Of a DNA stretch of 57,717 nt, positions 19,599 through 29,979 are shown piece after piece. The stretch is from Elainellaceae cyanobacterium (GTDB lineage: Bacteria; Cyanobacteriota; Cyanobacteriia; CAKZMO01). The notes below the pieces were generated by a model. It was not told where the DNA came from. It saw only the letters and a list, made by a program, of their open reading frames with translations, and did not search any database. How positions within the stretch are numbered: position 1 is the first letter of the stretch; every line of letters starts with the position of its first letter. Position numbers and translations under genes: made by a program. The stretch lies in contig JBHJGR010000284.1 of assembly GCA_050331615.1 (NCBI GenBank), positions 1 through 57,717 on the forward strand, written 5' to 3'.

Positions 19599-21164
19599 TC
19601 AAAGCTGCTCGTCGTCGGAACTGCTCTGAAATCCTCGCACGATACGCGAGAGCTCGCTACGCTCATTTACCGAAATGCGAGTGGGTGAACCGCTGATGAT
19701 CCGCTCGTAGTTGCGGAATGAATCCTTAATCTCTGGCCCCCGCTCGCTGATGTTGTATTCGCGAATACCCTTATCATGCCACGACCCCCGCATCTTGAAC
19801 ACGTTGATTGCCCGAGACATCTCGCCGCGAATCTCCACATATTGCAGCATTAGGATTGTGTCCGTAATCGTTGAGATGTGGGAATCGGTGATGGAGTTAG
19901 ACCCCATAAATTGGTCCGTGGTGTTGGTAAAGAATCCAGTAATTTCCTCCTGCTTGGCATAGCCCGTGACGCCGATCACAAACTGGCGGAAGGCATTATT
20001 GCTCACCCCGCGCGCCAGGGCAGACAGAGAGTCGATAGCGATGCGGGATGGCTTGAACTCAGCAATCTCAGACTTGATGATTTGCAGGTGATCCTCCAGG
20101 CCGGTGGATTCTGGATAGGCGCAGAGGATGCGGAGCAAGCCCTTCTGCTCCAGCTCCTCAAAATCAATCCCCCAGGAGTAGGCGTTGCGGGACAGTTGGG
20201 CCCGCGACTCTTCGTAGGCGAACAACAGAGCCCGTTCGCCATTGTTGCAGGCATCTTGGAGAAACTTACTGACCATCAAAGTTTTGCCAGTGCCCGTTGC
20301 TCCGGTAGCCAAGATAATTGAGTCTTTGAAGAAGCCGCCGCCGCACATTTCGTCCAGCGTCTTGACGCCAGAGGAGACCCGTACATTAGACGATCGCTGA
20401 GTCAGACGCATGGCTCCAAGCGGAAAGATATTGACCCCATTGTTAGTAATCGTAAACGGATATTCTCCCTTCATGTGGGTCGTGCCCCGCAGCTTGAGAA
20501 TTTCGATGGTGCGCCGCCGCCGCTCTCCCTCCAGCACGTTGCGGACGATGACGACGTTGTCCGATACAAACTCCTCCACCCCAAACCGCGCCACTGGACC
20601 ATATTCATCCACCCGCTCGGTAGTCATCACGGTAGTGACTCGCACCTGCTTGAGCCGGGCTACCAGACGAAAAATTTCCCGCCGCACGATGGAGGCAGCG
20701 TCATATTGTTGAAAGAGGGCGGTTACCGAGTCGATCGACACTCGCTTTGCCTTGTACTTCTGGATAGCGTACTGAATTCGCTCGATAATTGCCGATAAAT
20801 CAAAGTTGCCTACCACATCCTGCCCCTCGGGATCGGGGGACGCGTCTAGAATAAACAGCTTGCCTTCATCTACAAGATGCTGGAGATCCCAACCGAAGCT
20901 GTAGGCGTTTTTGATGATATCGCCAGGTGATTCCTCAAATGTGACGAAAATACCAGGCTCGTTAAACTCAATGATGCCGTTATACAAAAATTGGACGGCT
21001 AGGAGCGTCTTTCCGGTGCCTGATGTGCCGCTGACAAGAGTAGTTCGAGCGATGGGCAGTCCGCCGTGGCTGATATCGTCAAAGCCCTCGATCATCGTAC
21101 GGATTTTCTGAACCCCCTGGGCGGTTACTCCATTGCCTGAGGTATCAAAACGATTCTGCTGCAT
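19599..21164 (-). CDS. kaiC: Circadian clock protein KaiC
   Basis: Two RecA-like domains (GTSGTGKT, GATGTGKT); SHISTITD phosphosite region. Confidence 0.99.
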   Translation of the reverse strand: MQQNRFDTSGNGVTAQGVQKIRTMIEGFDDISHGGLPIARTTLVSGTSGTGKTLLAVQFLYNGIIEFNEPGIFVTFEESPGDIIKNAYSFGWDLQHLVDEGKLFILDASPDPEGQDVVGNFDLSAIIERIQYAIQKYKAKRVSIDSVTALFQQYDAASIVRREIFRLVARLKQVRVTTVMTTERVDEYGPVARFGVEEFVSDNVVIVRNVLEGERRRRTIEILKLRGTTHMKGEYPFTITNNGVNIFPLGAMRLTQRSSNVRVSSGVKTLDEMCGGGFFKDSIILATGATGTGKTLMVSKFLQDACNNGERALLFAYEESRAQLSRNAYSWGIDFEELEQKGLLRILCAYPESTGLEDHLQIIKSEIAEFKPSRIAIDSLSALARGVSNNAFRQFVIGVTGYAKQEEITGFFTNTTDQFMGSNSITDSHISTITDTILMLQYVEIRGEMSRAINVFKMRGSWHDKGIREYNISERGPEIKDSFRNYERIISGSPTRISVNERSELSRIVRGFQSSSDDEQL

Positions 21165-21383
21165 AGCTTGTCAGTCAAACCTTAGCGCTGAAGCTTTCAA
21201 ATATGACGAAGAAATGTAGAAGTTTGGGTTCTGAGTCGGCACGGGTGATGCCTGTCCAATCGGCTGCGGCTGACCGATGCTGCTGGCTTAGTCTCTGTAA
21301 TGCGGGCATGATCCTGCACCAGGTCCTTGACCATCATACGAGATGATGGGAGGTACTTTGGTATGTCGCACCGGTTAACAGGC

Positions 21384-21707
21384 TCAATCAGCTTCAAACC
21401 CTAAATCGTCATCCAGAAGCTCATCGTACAGTAGGTCTAGCCCAATCAGGACTTTTTCTCGATCCGATAGGTCGCCAATGATTTTGCGTACAGGAGGGGG
21501 CAAAATTTTTGAGAGAGTAGGCGTCGCCAAGATCTTATCTTCCTCAGCAAGCTGCGGGTTTTTGAGCACGTCGATCACCTTCAGGGCATAGACGCCCTGA
21601 AATTCCCGTTCCAAAATGCTGTTGAGCGTCTTCAATGCACGAATTGAGTTGGGCGTGTTGCCCGCAACGTAAAGCTTTAGTATATATGTCTTGCCCGAAG
21701 AACTCAT
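21384..21707 (-). CDS. kaiB: Circadian clock protein KaiB
   Basis: [33 protein letters not shown]. Confidence 0.99.
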   Translation of the reverse strand: MSSSGKTYILKLYVAGNTPNSIRALKTLNSILEREFQGVYALKVIDVLKNPQLAEEDKILATPTLSKILPPPVRKIIGDLSDREKVLIGLDLLYDELLDDDLGFEAD

Positions 21708-21800
21708 AGTGAGGAATGATCCAGGATTGTTAGTTGCGAAGGATAGTGATCAAAAGCCTTGACGCCTATGGCAGTGAGGGTTGAGTTTTCAACAGTAGCC

Positions 21801-22730
21801 TTACGAATTTCGGGGAATCGAGCGGCGGTACATTTCGCAGAGGTTGGCCAGCGCATCAATTAGCGTCAATCGATAGTCGAGCAAAATTTCCTCACTGCGC
21901 CCTTCCAGCTTCAACTGCTTCGAGAATTCGTCCATGATCTCCATATGGACTTCAACAATGCGGGCAGTGGGAACATCGGCAAAAAAGGCAGTGTTGACAT
22001 AGGTTTCTATCTTCTGATTCAGGTATTGGTCATCCGAGAAGTAGTTGATAATAATGTCCTGGTAGTCTTGCTTTAACTGAGCCAGAAGCCGCTGCCGTTC
22101 ATCCGCGTTCATAGCGCGTAAAAACCGACGGGGATCTCGCTTGTAGTAAATGCCCAAATAGCCCAGCCGCTCCTTCAGCTTTTGCGCGAGCCGCCGCTGC
22201 TTGAGTACCAGGTTCGTCTCTTCATCCGCCGCTTCATCCAAAACTGAATACCTGGTCTGATCAGCTTCAGCCGACGAGTGCACCGCCAGCTTTAGAAATT
22301 GGTCAATAGCGGTTTCGATATAGGCTGTGATCTGATGGAGCCGCTCAGCGTTTAGACAGAGGATGGCGCTGTGGTAAGCCGATGCCGCCTCCGGAGAGCA
22401 GTCGTTTTCCGTTTGGGCGCGATCGCCATCGGCGCTAGAGGTATGCGGCGGCTGCAGCAAAACAGCAGGAAGCAGCACTGAGCGCGATCGCAACTGATTT
22501 AGCAGAGCCAGCCCATCTGGAGTTCCTTCCAAAACCAGACAGTCGATGTCCTGCCGGTTCTGGCTAACGGATGTGATGAATGGGCCACTCTGCCGAAACG
22601 ACTCCAGTGCGTAGCTGTCTTCCTGGAGGACTTCATCTAGTGACGACGAGAGGGATGGGGTTGGCAGAAAAGCGTAGATGGCTAACTCAGGTTGGACCGA
22701 TGATTCTAAGGGTAGGGCATTAGCGGCCAT
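21801..22730 (-). CDS. kaiA: Circadian clock protein KaiA (with N-terminal domain)
   Basis: KLKERLGYLGIYYKRDP, LLDYRLTLID, LCEMYRRSIP; first gene of kaiABC. Confidence 0.97.
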   Translation of the reverse strand: MAANALPLESSVQPELAIYAFLPTPSLSSSLDEVLQEDSYALESFRQSGPFITSVSQNRQDIDCLVLEGTPDGLALLNQLRSRSVLLPAVLLQPPHTSSADGDRAQTENDCSPEAASAYHSAILCLNAERLHQITAYIETAIDQFLKLAVHSSAEADQTRYSVLDEAADEETNLVLKQRRLAQKLKERLGYLGIYYKRDPRRFLRAMNADERQRLLAQLKQDYQDIIINYFSDDQYLNQKIETYVNTAFFADVPTARIVEVHMEIMDEFSKQLKLEGRSEEILLDYRLTLIDALANLCEMYRRSIPRNS

Positions 22731-23015
22731 GCGAGCCAATTTCTAACTGCATATTGAGTAATATCTCGCTATCTACAAGATTATTTAACATTTATTGTAG
22801 TTGCAACGCGGCCAACACTGGGACGAAAGCCGCCATAATTAACATAGAAGGCAGCCAAGCGTTTACCTGCTCAAGCAGCCTGGATCCCTTTATGCCCATT
22901 GCTGTCTGTGGTTAGTTGGGCGATCGCCTCAAGCGCTGATCTAAACGCTCGCCCGGCAGAGAGCCATATCCAGGTCTATTCACGACGAGGCATACCCATT
23001 ACCAGGCATCTCATA

Positions 23016-26000
23016 ATGAAGGCTACGTCTGTCGGCTCCTACGTTCTACCCGTACCCACCTGCTGCCTGAGCGAACGGGTGGGAGAGGTGATGGAGCGCT
23101 TTGACCCGGCGGCGGGCGATCGCCTCGTTGTTGTGAATACCAACCGCGAGCCCATGGGTCTGGTGTCCGCCACGGACCTGATGCCGCTAGTGTGGTCCAC
23201 TCGCCTCCAGGCATCGGTTGTGGTCAAATCATCCCTAGACGCCCTCTTACATGCCGCTGCAGCTAGGGAGCGATCGCTCCTCCGCCCCCTGATAAGGCTG
23301 CCTCACCACTGGTCACTCCGGCAGGTGCGCGCCCAGATTCAAGCTCAACTGACGCTGGCCCGCCGCCTCGCCAAAACCGAGACGGAAATCCCCACCGAGT
23401 GGGGCGTCGTCGATGCTCAGGGGCGCTACTTGGGGCTGCTCAACTGGCAAGCCCTTTGGCACCAGTGGGCTGTTCCCGCTACTGCTGCTCTTCCTCCCCC
23501 CTTTGGCAAGACCGACCTTCCCCCGCTAGAAACGGTCGGGTTGAGTGCCCTGCTGCAGGCCCTAGCTCAGATGCCGCTACCCCTAATGGTGCAGACTCGA
23601 TCAGGCGAGATCTTGCTACAGAATTCCCAGTGGCAGACGTTAATGGGCGAGCTGCAGCATCCCCAGCAGGCAGCCGAACAGGTCGCTGCTGCCTTCGCCA
23701 CTGCGGCCTCTAGCAGGCAGGCGCTGCCAGCTTCAGCGAGTCAGGTAGTGGGGAGCTATGGGGCTGTGCCGCCTACGCCCGTGGATTGGGACAACCTGGC
23801 TGGTCAGGCCGTCTTCTCTGATGTTTGTGTGTGTCGCTGCCCAACTACAACGAACCCCAAAAGAGTCTGCGAATTTACTAGAGTTTGGCTGGGGGACTGG
23901 TCGAAATGGCTGCAAAAGACCCGCGATACTCCTGAACCTGAAGCGATTAGCTCTGTGGCGATCGCCCCCGACCATGATCTGTTTCAGCTTGCTCCCTTGA
24001 CGCCGTCCACGCCTGCGCCCCCGTCTGCACTGCCAAATTCGGCTGTCTCTCCCCCGCGGCTAAATCAGCAAAGTCAAGCAGACGATTTGTGGCTCGTGCT
24101 GGCCCGCGACATGACTAAGCCTGAGCAAACTTCGAATCAGATTTCCAAAGAGCTGGCCGCTAAAAATGCTGATTTAACTCAGCTCAATCGTCTCAAAGAT
24201 GAATTCTTGGCCTGCATCAGTCATGAACTCAAGACTCCCCTGACCGCAGTGTTGGGGCTGTCTGAGCTGCTCAAAGATCGCTCCCTTGGGGCGCTAAACG
24301 AACGCCAGTCGCGCTACGCCCATCTCATTCACCAGAGCGGACGGCGGCTTGTTAGCGTCGTCAACGATATCTTAGACCTGACGCGCATCGAAACCGGCCA
24401 GCTTCGCCTTACCCCCAGATCCATCCCAATCCGCGCTATTTGTGAAAGTGCCTATCAGCACCTGCAAAACCTGCAAATCGACCCGGAGATGACGAACGAA
24501 CCGACAGCTGCCGCTGGGGTTGCCCAGCCAACGTTTCGTCTGACCATTCAGCCTAGCTTGGAGGCGATCGTAGCCGATGAACTGCGGCTCCGACAAATGC
24601 TGGTTCACCTGCTCTCGAATGCACTGAAATTTACCGATCCAGCGGGTGAGATTGGCATTCGGGTAGAGGGGTGGGAAAACTGGATTGCCTTCACGGTTTG
24701 GGATACGGGCATCGGCATTCCCCCAGATAAGCAGCACCTGATTTTTCAGAAGTTTCAGCAGCTTGAACAGCCGATGACCCGTCAATTTGAAGGAACGGGG
24801 CTGGGGCTGGTGCTAACCCAGCGGCTCGCCCAGCTCCATGGGGGGGATGTGACCTTTGTGTCCTCTGAAAACCAGGGCAGTGAGTTCACGCTACTGTTGC
24901 CACCCAGGCCGCCTCAGGCGGTGGTCGATCCAGATGACTGGCCCGATCCGCAAATGACGGTCCCCGTCCACCGGCTACCGCAAACATCGAATCGACTCAT
25001 TGTGGCAGTCGAAGCCGATCAGTCTGCCCTCAACCAGCTCACCCAAAGCCTGGCTGCCTTGAGCTATCGGGTGGCGATCGCCCGTTCAGGTATGGATGCT
25101 CTGGGTAAGATTCGGCGGCTCCAGCCCCGGGCCGTGGTGCTCAATCCGATGCTGCCGCTACTGTCGGGTTGGGACGTACTGACCTTGCTCAAAGCGGACG
25201 CCTGCACCCGCGAAATTCCGGTCATCATCACTGCAACGTCTCTTGAGGAGGAGACCGCACTTGAGAACCAGGCCGATGGATTTCTCAGTTTGCCGGTGAA
25301 CCTGGCCGATCTAAAGCGAATCCTCAACCGGCTCGTCGGATCAGGCAACGAAAAGCCAAAGCGCCGGTCTCCTATCACCGTTCTTTACCTCAATCCTTCC
25401 GTATTTCCAGTTGCGGGAGAATCCAGTTCGGCGGGTGACGCGTGGGCGGATACTCCCATCTCGATTAGCCCTCCCCCAGAGCAGCCCAATGCGCTTCACC
25501 GACTGGACCTCAATCGGTTTTTGCACCCCCATTTCTGCCGGGTGTTGGAGGTCAACGACCTAGACCAGGCTGAATTGCTCACCCGCGTCTGGAAACCTAA
25601 CCTGATCCTGCTCGGTAATGCTGTGTCTGACCCGGTTAGTTATCTGGAAGACCTGGGCCAGCGGTCCTGCCTCCGTTGCCTGCCCATCGTTACCCTAACG
25701 CCAGCGATTACTGAAGCGGCATATCAGGCTGGGCTATCTACATTTCCCTGTCTCATGGCTACGGCTGAACTGGAGCGGGGTCATGCGGCCTGTCCCGATA
25801 ACTCCTCTCTGCTGCAGGTGCTCCACATTGCTGCTGGCATTGGTGAGGCTCACCATGTGCTGATTGCTGACACGACCCTTGCCGATGGCTGGGGGGGCGA
25901 TCGCCTCCATGCCAATGCCTTGGGGATCCAACCGTCCAGCCACTTAATCGACTCGTCTACCCGCCACCTGCAGGTATCTGCCCAATACCTCCAGGCCGCT

Positions 26001-26321
26001 GGGCTCGACTGCTCCATTCCTCAAACCTGGTGGGATGTGCTGCGGCAAATGGAGCACCAAACTATTGATCTACTGCTGCTCCATCTCAACCTCCACCAGC
26101 ATCAGCTAACGCTGCACCAAATCATCCGTTCCCTAGCCCCTTGGCGCGCTCATGTGCCCATTGTCGTTTGGCCCGCTGGCTACCCGCTCCAGCACGATAA
26201 TCCAGAAGCTGATGCTCTCTTAAGGACGCTGCAGCCCGACTTGGAGGCGATCGCCATCCGCATTCTTCCCCCGTCTGCCTCACTAGATAATGTATTGACG
26301 GCTCTCCAGCAACTTCTGTAG
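23016..26321 (+). CDS. Hybrid sensor histidine kinase with CBS-like N-terminus and pseudo-receiver domains
   Basis: SHELKTPL H-box, LLSNALKFT, DTGIGI, GTGLGL. The receiver has VVLNPMLP (Asn at the phospho-Asp). Start uncertain (22899 or 23016). Confidence 0.88.
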   Translation: MKATSVGSYVLPVPTCCLSERVGEVMERFDPAAGDRLVVVNTNREPMGLVSATDLMPLVWSTRLQASVVVKSSLDALLHAAAARERSLLRPLIRLPHHWSLRQVRAQIQAQLTLARRLAKTETEIPTEWGVVDAQGRYLGLLNWQALWHQWAVPATAALPPPFGKTDLPPLETVGLSALLQALAQMPLPLMVQTRSGEILLQNSQWQTLMGELQHPQQAAEQVAAAFATAASSRQALPASASQVVGSYGAVPPTPVDWDNLAGQAVFSDVCVCRCPTTTNPKRVCEFTRVWLGDWSKWLQKTRDTPEPEAISSVAIAPDHDLFQLAPLTPSTPAPPSALPNSAVSPPRLNQQSQADDLWLVLARDMTKPEQTSNQISKELAAKNADLTQLNRLKDEFLACISHELKTPLTAVLGLSELLKDRSLGALNERQSRYAHLIHQSGRRLVSVVNDILDLTRIETGQLRLTPRSIPIRAICESAYQHLQNLQIDPEMTNEPTAAAGVAQPTFRLTIQPSLEAIVADELRLRQMLVHLLSNALKFTDPAGEIGIRVEGWENWIAFTVWDTGIGIPPDKQHLIFQKFQQLEQPMTRQFEGTGLGLVLTQRLAQLHGGDVTFVSSENQGSEFTLLLPPRPPQAVVDPDDWPDPQMTVPVHRLPQTSNRLIVAVEADQSALNQLTQSLAALSYRVAIARSGMDALGKIRRLQPRAVVLNPMLPLLSGWDVLTLLKADACTREIPVIITATSLEEETALENQADGFLSLPVNLADLKRILNRLVGSGNEKPKRRSPITVLYLNPSVFPVAGESSSAGDAWADTPISISPPPEQPNALHRLDLNRFLHPHFCRVLEVNDLDQAELLTRVWKPNLILLGNAVSDPVSYLEDLGQRSCLRCLPIVTLTPAITEAAYQAGLSTFPCLMATAELERGHAACPDNSSLLQVLHIAAGIGEAHHVLIADTTLADGWGGDRLHANALGIQPSSHLIDSSTRHLQVSAQYLQAAGLDCSIPQTWWDVLRQMEHQTIDLLLLHLNLHQHQLTLHQIIRSLAPWRAHVPIVVWPAGYPLQHDNPEADALLRTLQPDLEAIAIRILPPSASLDNVLTALQQLL

Positions 26322-26358
26322 TGATTGCCTAGCTCAAATCCTAGTTGCTGTCTTCCCG

Positions 26359-27069
26359 TTAATACTCAATTCCGGCTTGGGCCTTGACTCCCTGCTCCCG
26401 AAAGGGATGCTTCACCAGGGTCATCTCGGTCACCAAATCGGCCTGCTCGATCAGGGCGGCAGGGGCTCCCCGTCCGGTCAAAATGACGTGACTGTCGTTG
26501 GGTTTCTCCGCCAGTCCAGCCAGCACCTGCTCAACCGAGAGATACCCCAGTTTGAGGGCCACGTTGACTTCATCCAGTAGGGTGAGTTTGACTTCAGGAT
26601 GGCGGATGAAGGTCACCGCCTTGGCCCAGGCAGCTTGCGCCAGTTTAGTATCCCGGTCCCGATCCTGGGTTTCCCAGGTGAAGCCTTCCCCCATGGCATA
26701 GAACTCAAGCTGTTTTGCCCAGGCATCGAAAACTCGCTTTTCCGCAGGTTCCCAGGCTCCCTTGATAAACTGCACGATCGCCACTCGATGACCATGACCG
26801 AGCGATCGCAACACCATCCCCAGCGCTGCCGTCGTTTTGCCCTTGCCATTGCCGGTATGAACGATCACGAGCCCTTTTTCTACGGTGCGAGCCGCGAGCC
26901 GCTGCTGTTGAACCTCTTTGCGGCGCTGCATTTTCTGGCGATATTGTTCAGCCGAAAGGGAAGCGGTTCCCTCGCCGCTGATTTCGCCACCCGTTAATTC
27001 TGGCGGCTGCGTGTCGTACGGGTGGTCATTAGTGAGCCGGGTGGATGGAGTGAGGGACGAATCTTCCAT
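26359..27069 (-). CDS. cobO: Cob(I)yrinic acid a,c-diamide adenosyltransferase
   Basis: HTGNGKGKTTAALG, VQFIKG, MGEGFTW, LLDEVN, VILTGR, KHPF...GIEY. Confidence 0.95.
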   Translation of the reverse strand: MEDSSLTPSTRLTNDHPYDTQPPELTGGEISGEGTASLSAEQYRQKMQRRKEVQQQRLAARTVEKGLVIVHTGNGKGKTTAALGMVLRSLGHGHRVAIVQFIKGAWEPAEKRVFDAWAKQLEFYAMGEGFTWETQDRDRDTKLAQAAWAKAVTFIRHPEVKLTLLDEVNVALKLGYLSVEQVLAGLAEKPNDSHVILTGRGAPAALIEQADLVTEMTLVKHPFREQGVKAQAGIEY

Positions 27070-27113
27070 AAGATGGCAATGGCTTAACAGCAAGATGGCA
27101 ATGGTTTAACAGC
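27070..27113 (+). repeat. Tandem repeat, 2 x 22 bp
   Basis: aagatggcaatgg(c/t)ttaacagc twice. Confidence 0.85.
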
Positions 27114-27194
27114 AGCAGTGGCGATATCTGGCGGGAGTCAGGGTTGGCGGAGCAGGTCAGTGTAGCGGAGGCGATCGCCAGGCTCTCCCAGCAT

Positions 27195-27260
27195 CAGTGC
27201 TAAAGCACATTAACTACATTCTATGGGGTTGTGCGCTCCCGGGGGGGGCGCGCACCCTCG
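27195..27260. mobile_element. MITE-like element, family A (degenerate)
   Basis: cagtgctaaagcacattaactacatt aligns with the 10956 start; central gtgcgc...gcgcac hairpin. Confidence 0.45.
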
Positions 27261-27401
27261 CCAGAGGGGCACATCCTGACCGCTCGATTGACGGCTAGAA
27301 ACTTCATCAACGAATTGAACTCCCTGCAAAATTATGGTTTGCTAAACTTAACAAACCGTTACACATTGCCTTTGAGCTTGTTCACCAACCTGTCAAATCC
27401 T

Positions 27402-27884
27402 ATGTCCCTAGAGCTTCTGTATAATGGCGCAAATCTATTTGTGCTGCCCTTTTGGGTCCTGATGGTGTTCTTGCCAAAATGGGGCCTAACCCGCGCCGTG
27501 ATGACATCGTTTCTGCCGTTTGTGACCCTCGCGGCCCTCTATGTCTATCTGTTTGTGACCGGGATTACACCCGACTCGGCGGAAGCGTTTTCCAGCGCTA
27601 GTCTGGCCGATATTGCCCGCCTGTTTGCTGACGAGCATGTCGCAGCCACGGGCTGGGTGCATTTTCTAGTCATGGATCTGTTTGTGGGGCGCTGGATTTA
27701 CTGGGACGGCCAGCAGAATCAGGTTTTCACAGTGCACTCCCTACTGCTGGCCCTATTCGCTGGGCCAATGGGGCTGCTCTCCCACATCCTGACTCGATGG
27801 GTCACGCAGCGCGTCGCTAAAACCGCTGCGGGAGCAGCAGAGAAGACTTCAACCTCAGACGCTGCCGAGCCAAGCGCGTCATAG
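27402..27884 (+). CDS. ABA4-like (DUF4281) membrane protein
   Basis: VLPFWVLM..LPKW..T, GWVHFLVMDLFVGRWIY, HSL.L...GPMGLLSH. Confidence 0.88.
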   Translation: MSLELLYNGANLFVLPFWVLMVFLPKWGLTRAVMTSFLPFVTLAALYVYLFVTGITPDSAEAFSSASLADIARLFADEHVAATGWVHFLVMDLFVGRWIYWDGQQNQVFTVHSLLLALFAGPMGLLSHILTRWVTQRVAKTAAGAAEKTSTSDAAEPSAS

Positions 27885-27934
27885 CGTCAATATCGCTATA
27901 CTAAAGTCGAGGTCTCGCATATGGGAGATTGAGC

Positions 27935-28150
27935 ATGGACGAATTATCACCTTTGCTAAACGAGATCGGCACTCACCCAGTTGCGTTTCTGGGCGGCTTC
28001 TTCTCTGGAGTGCTGCGACTGAGCTTGAGCGATGATCCGGTCAAGAGCTGGCTTGACCAGCGCGCTGGCGATCGCTTGGATGCGACAACGTCTTCCCTGG
28101 GTTCAGCTAGCGGCAATGGCAGCGGTCCTCAGTCCATCACAATTGAGTAG
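27935..28150 (+). CDS. Conserved small protein (cyanobacteria/plastid)
   Basis: PVAFLGGFFSGVLRLSLSDDPVKSWL; GPQSITIE C-terminus. Confidence 0.7.
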   Translation: MDELSPLLNEIGTHPVAFLGGFFSGVLRLSLSDDPVKSWLDQRAGDRLDATTSSLGSASGNGSGPQSITIE

Positions 28151-28187
28151 TCCTACGGCAACGGTGCTGTGAAAAGGCTGATCAGGG

Positions 28188-28967
28188 CTAGCTGGCGAGG
28201 GGGTTGAGGAGGTCGCCAAGCCAGTTTTCAACCTGCTGCCGCAACCTGATGGAGCGAGCGTTGTTGGGTTCTTCGGCAGCCGGTAGATTGCTCATGGCTC
28301 GGTAGTAGTCAGCGATCGCGCAGTTCCAATCTCCCCGGAGATGGTAGGTGCGACCCCGCTCAGCGTAGACGTGACCTTCGAGGCGGCAAAAGTTGAGGGC
28401 GGCGTCGAAGCATTCTAGTGCCCGTTCGTGCATTTGCAGGTCGCGAAAAGTGATTCCCTGATTGATCCAGGCACGGACGTTGCGTGGGTTTAGATCAATA
28501 GCCGCATCATAGTCCAGAATCGCCTGGAGCAGTTGTCCTTGATGGGCGTAGTAGTTGGCCCGGTTGTTGTAGACGCTGTCTAAATTAGGGTTAAGCTCGA
28601 TCGCCCGGTTATAGTCGGCGATCGCCTGGTCAAGCTGGCGACACTGGAAGTAAACCAATCCCCGGTTGTTGTAGTCAGTTGCGCTCTGAGGATTGTGCTG
28701 CAGTAGCTGACTGAAGAGGGCGATCGCGTCAGCGTGGTTACCGTGCCGTGCTTCTGCCAGGGCCTGCCGCCGCAGGATGGCCTGAAGCTCTAGCCCGTGG
28801 CAGGCCGAGCGGGCTGCAGCCATGCAGTCACAATCTGCTGAAATTGTTGCAGATTGACAAGATTCTTCTGATGACGCCGCAGGCTGGTTTAGAATCGAGG
28901 CCTTGGGCTGGCCTCCAGAACGGGGGGCGGGGTGGTAGGGGTTGCTAGAGTGCTTATCCATCCTCAT
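28188..28967 (-). CDS. Tetratricopeptide repeat protein
   Basis: Repeated YNNRG...AIADYNRAIELNP units. Confidence 0.9.
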   Translation of the reverse strand: MRMDKHSSNPYHPAPRSGGQPKASILNQPAASSEESCQSATISADCDCMAAARSACHGLELQAILRRQALAEARHGNHADAIALFSQLLQHNPQSATDYNNRGLVYFQCRQLDQAIADYNRAIELNPNLDSVYNNRANYYAHQGQLLQAILDYDAAIDLNPRNVRAWINQGITFRDLQMHERALECFDAALNFCRLEGHVYAERGRTYHLRGDWNCAIADYYRAMSNLPAAEEPNNARSIRLRQQVENWLGDLLNPLAS

Positions 28968-29398
28968 CCTCTCAAACTATCGCTAAACGGAACTTGTGGA
29001 TTTTGACAGTGGGTCTGCGTAGCTGGAAGCCTTTATTTGCTAGCTCGATAAATGCACTCCTGAATTTATTTAATACGGGGTTTTCCGCTTCCAGTTCGAG
29101 GTTGAAACTACTGAAATAGGTTTAGGCTCGAAATCGGTCATTCTTTCCGGAAGGACGGTCGCCCTACTTTACATCGAGGTTTCAGGCCAATCCCTCCCCC
29201 TTACCAGCTTCAGTAGAAGCACGGATGACACGTAAAGTCTTGATAAGCGTTACAGTGGCTGAAAGGTAGTAGACTCGTGGATTTGTAACCAAATGTCAGT
29301 ATTTATGACAGGTTTGCAATGGCTCAGCGGCTCGTTCGGAGGCGATCGCCAGAACGCGCTAAGATTGGCGAGGATTAGTCCATTCGGGAATTCACATC

Positions 29399-29860
29399 AT
29401 GACCCATGCCAGCGTCATCGCCGCCACCGATCTGTCTACCGACGACTACCTCGTGGTGGGAGTCGCCCACTGTTTCCTCAAGGAAGACGGTGAAATCCAC
29501 GAAGTGCAGGTGATGGAGCCGATCCCCTCAGCCACCCTGGAAACCCTGCTGCAGGGTACTGCCACCTCCTATCGCCTGGCCTACGCCACTACTATTGGTA
29601 TGGTACTGGTCGATGGCGGGGTGCAAATTCCTGAGACGTTTCCCGACTCCACCCAGGTCTGCGACAATTTTGAGGAACGGGCGATCGCCGCTGCCCGCAC
29701 CTACCGCGCCAAGCCCAACGTCCAAACCTCCCTACCCCAGGGCACTCTCCATCGGGACTTCAACTTTTCGCTGGAGCGTAAACGCATCCTCAACTCAGAG
29801 CGTATCGTCAAGACTGAAGACAACGTCCGGCAGCACGAATACACCCACAAAACCCTGTAA
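29399..29860 (+). CDS. Conserved hypothetical protein
   Basis: YLVVGVAHCF, EPIPSA, AAARTY, DNVRQHEYTHK; well-formed ORF. Confidence 0.75.
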   Translation: MTHASVIAATDLSTDDYLVVGVAHCFLKEDGEIHEVQVMEPIPSATLETLLQGTATSYRLAYATTIGMVLVDGGVQIPETFPDSTQVCDNFEERAIAAARTYRAKPNVQTSLPQGTLHRDFNFSLERKRILNSERIVKTEDNVRQHEYTHKTL

Positions 29861-29938
29861 CAAACGAAACGATGGGGTGTGCGCCCTACCGGGGTCGCAC
29901 ACCCCCACAAGATGTTATTGATTGTGCTTGAGCACTTA
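29861..29938. mobile_element. MITE-like element, family A
   Basis: Ends attgtgcttgagcactta; central ggggtgtgcg...cgcacacccc hairpin. Left end approximate. Confidence 0.6.
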
Positions 29939-29979
29939 GCTCAAATACCCAACTTCAATTAATCGCAGAGGAAACGGCC

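Noticed and set aside
21165-21383. Long kaiB-kaiC spacer and the 66-aa ORF 21197-21397
   Set aside because: No motif or clear structure is visible, and spacer length varies among cyanobacteria.
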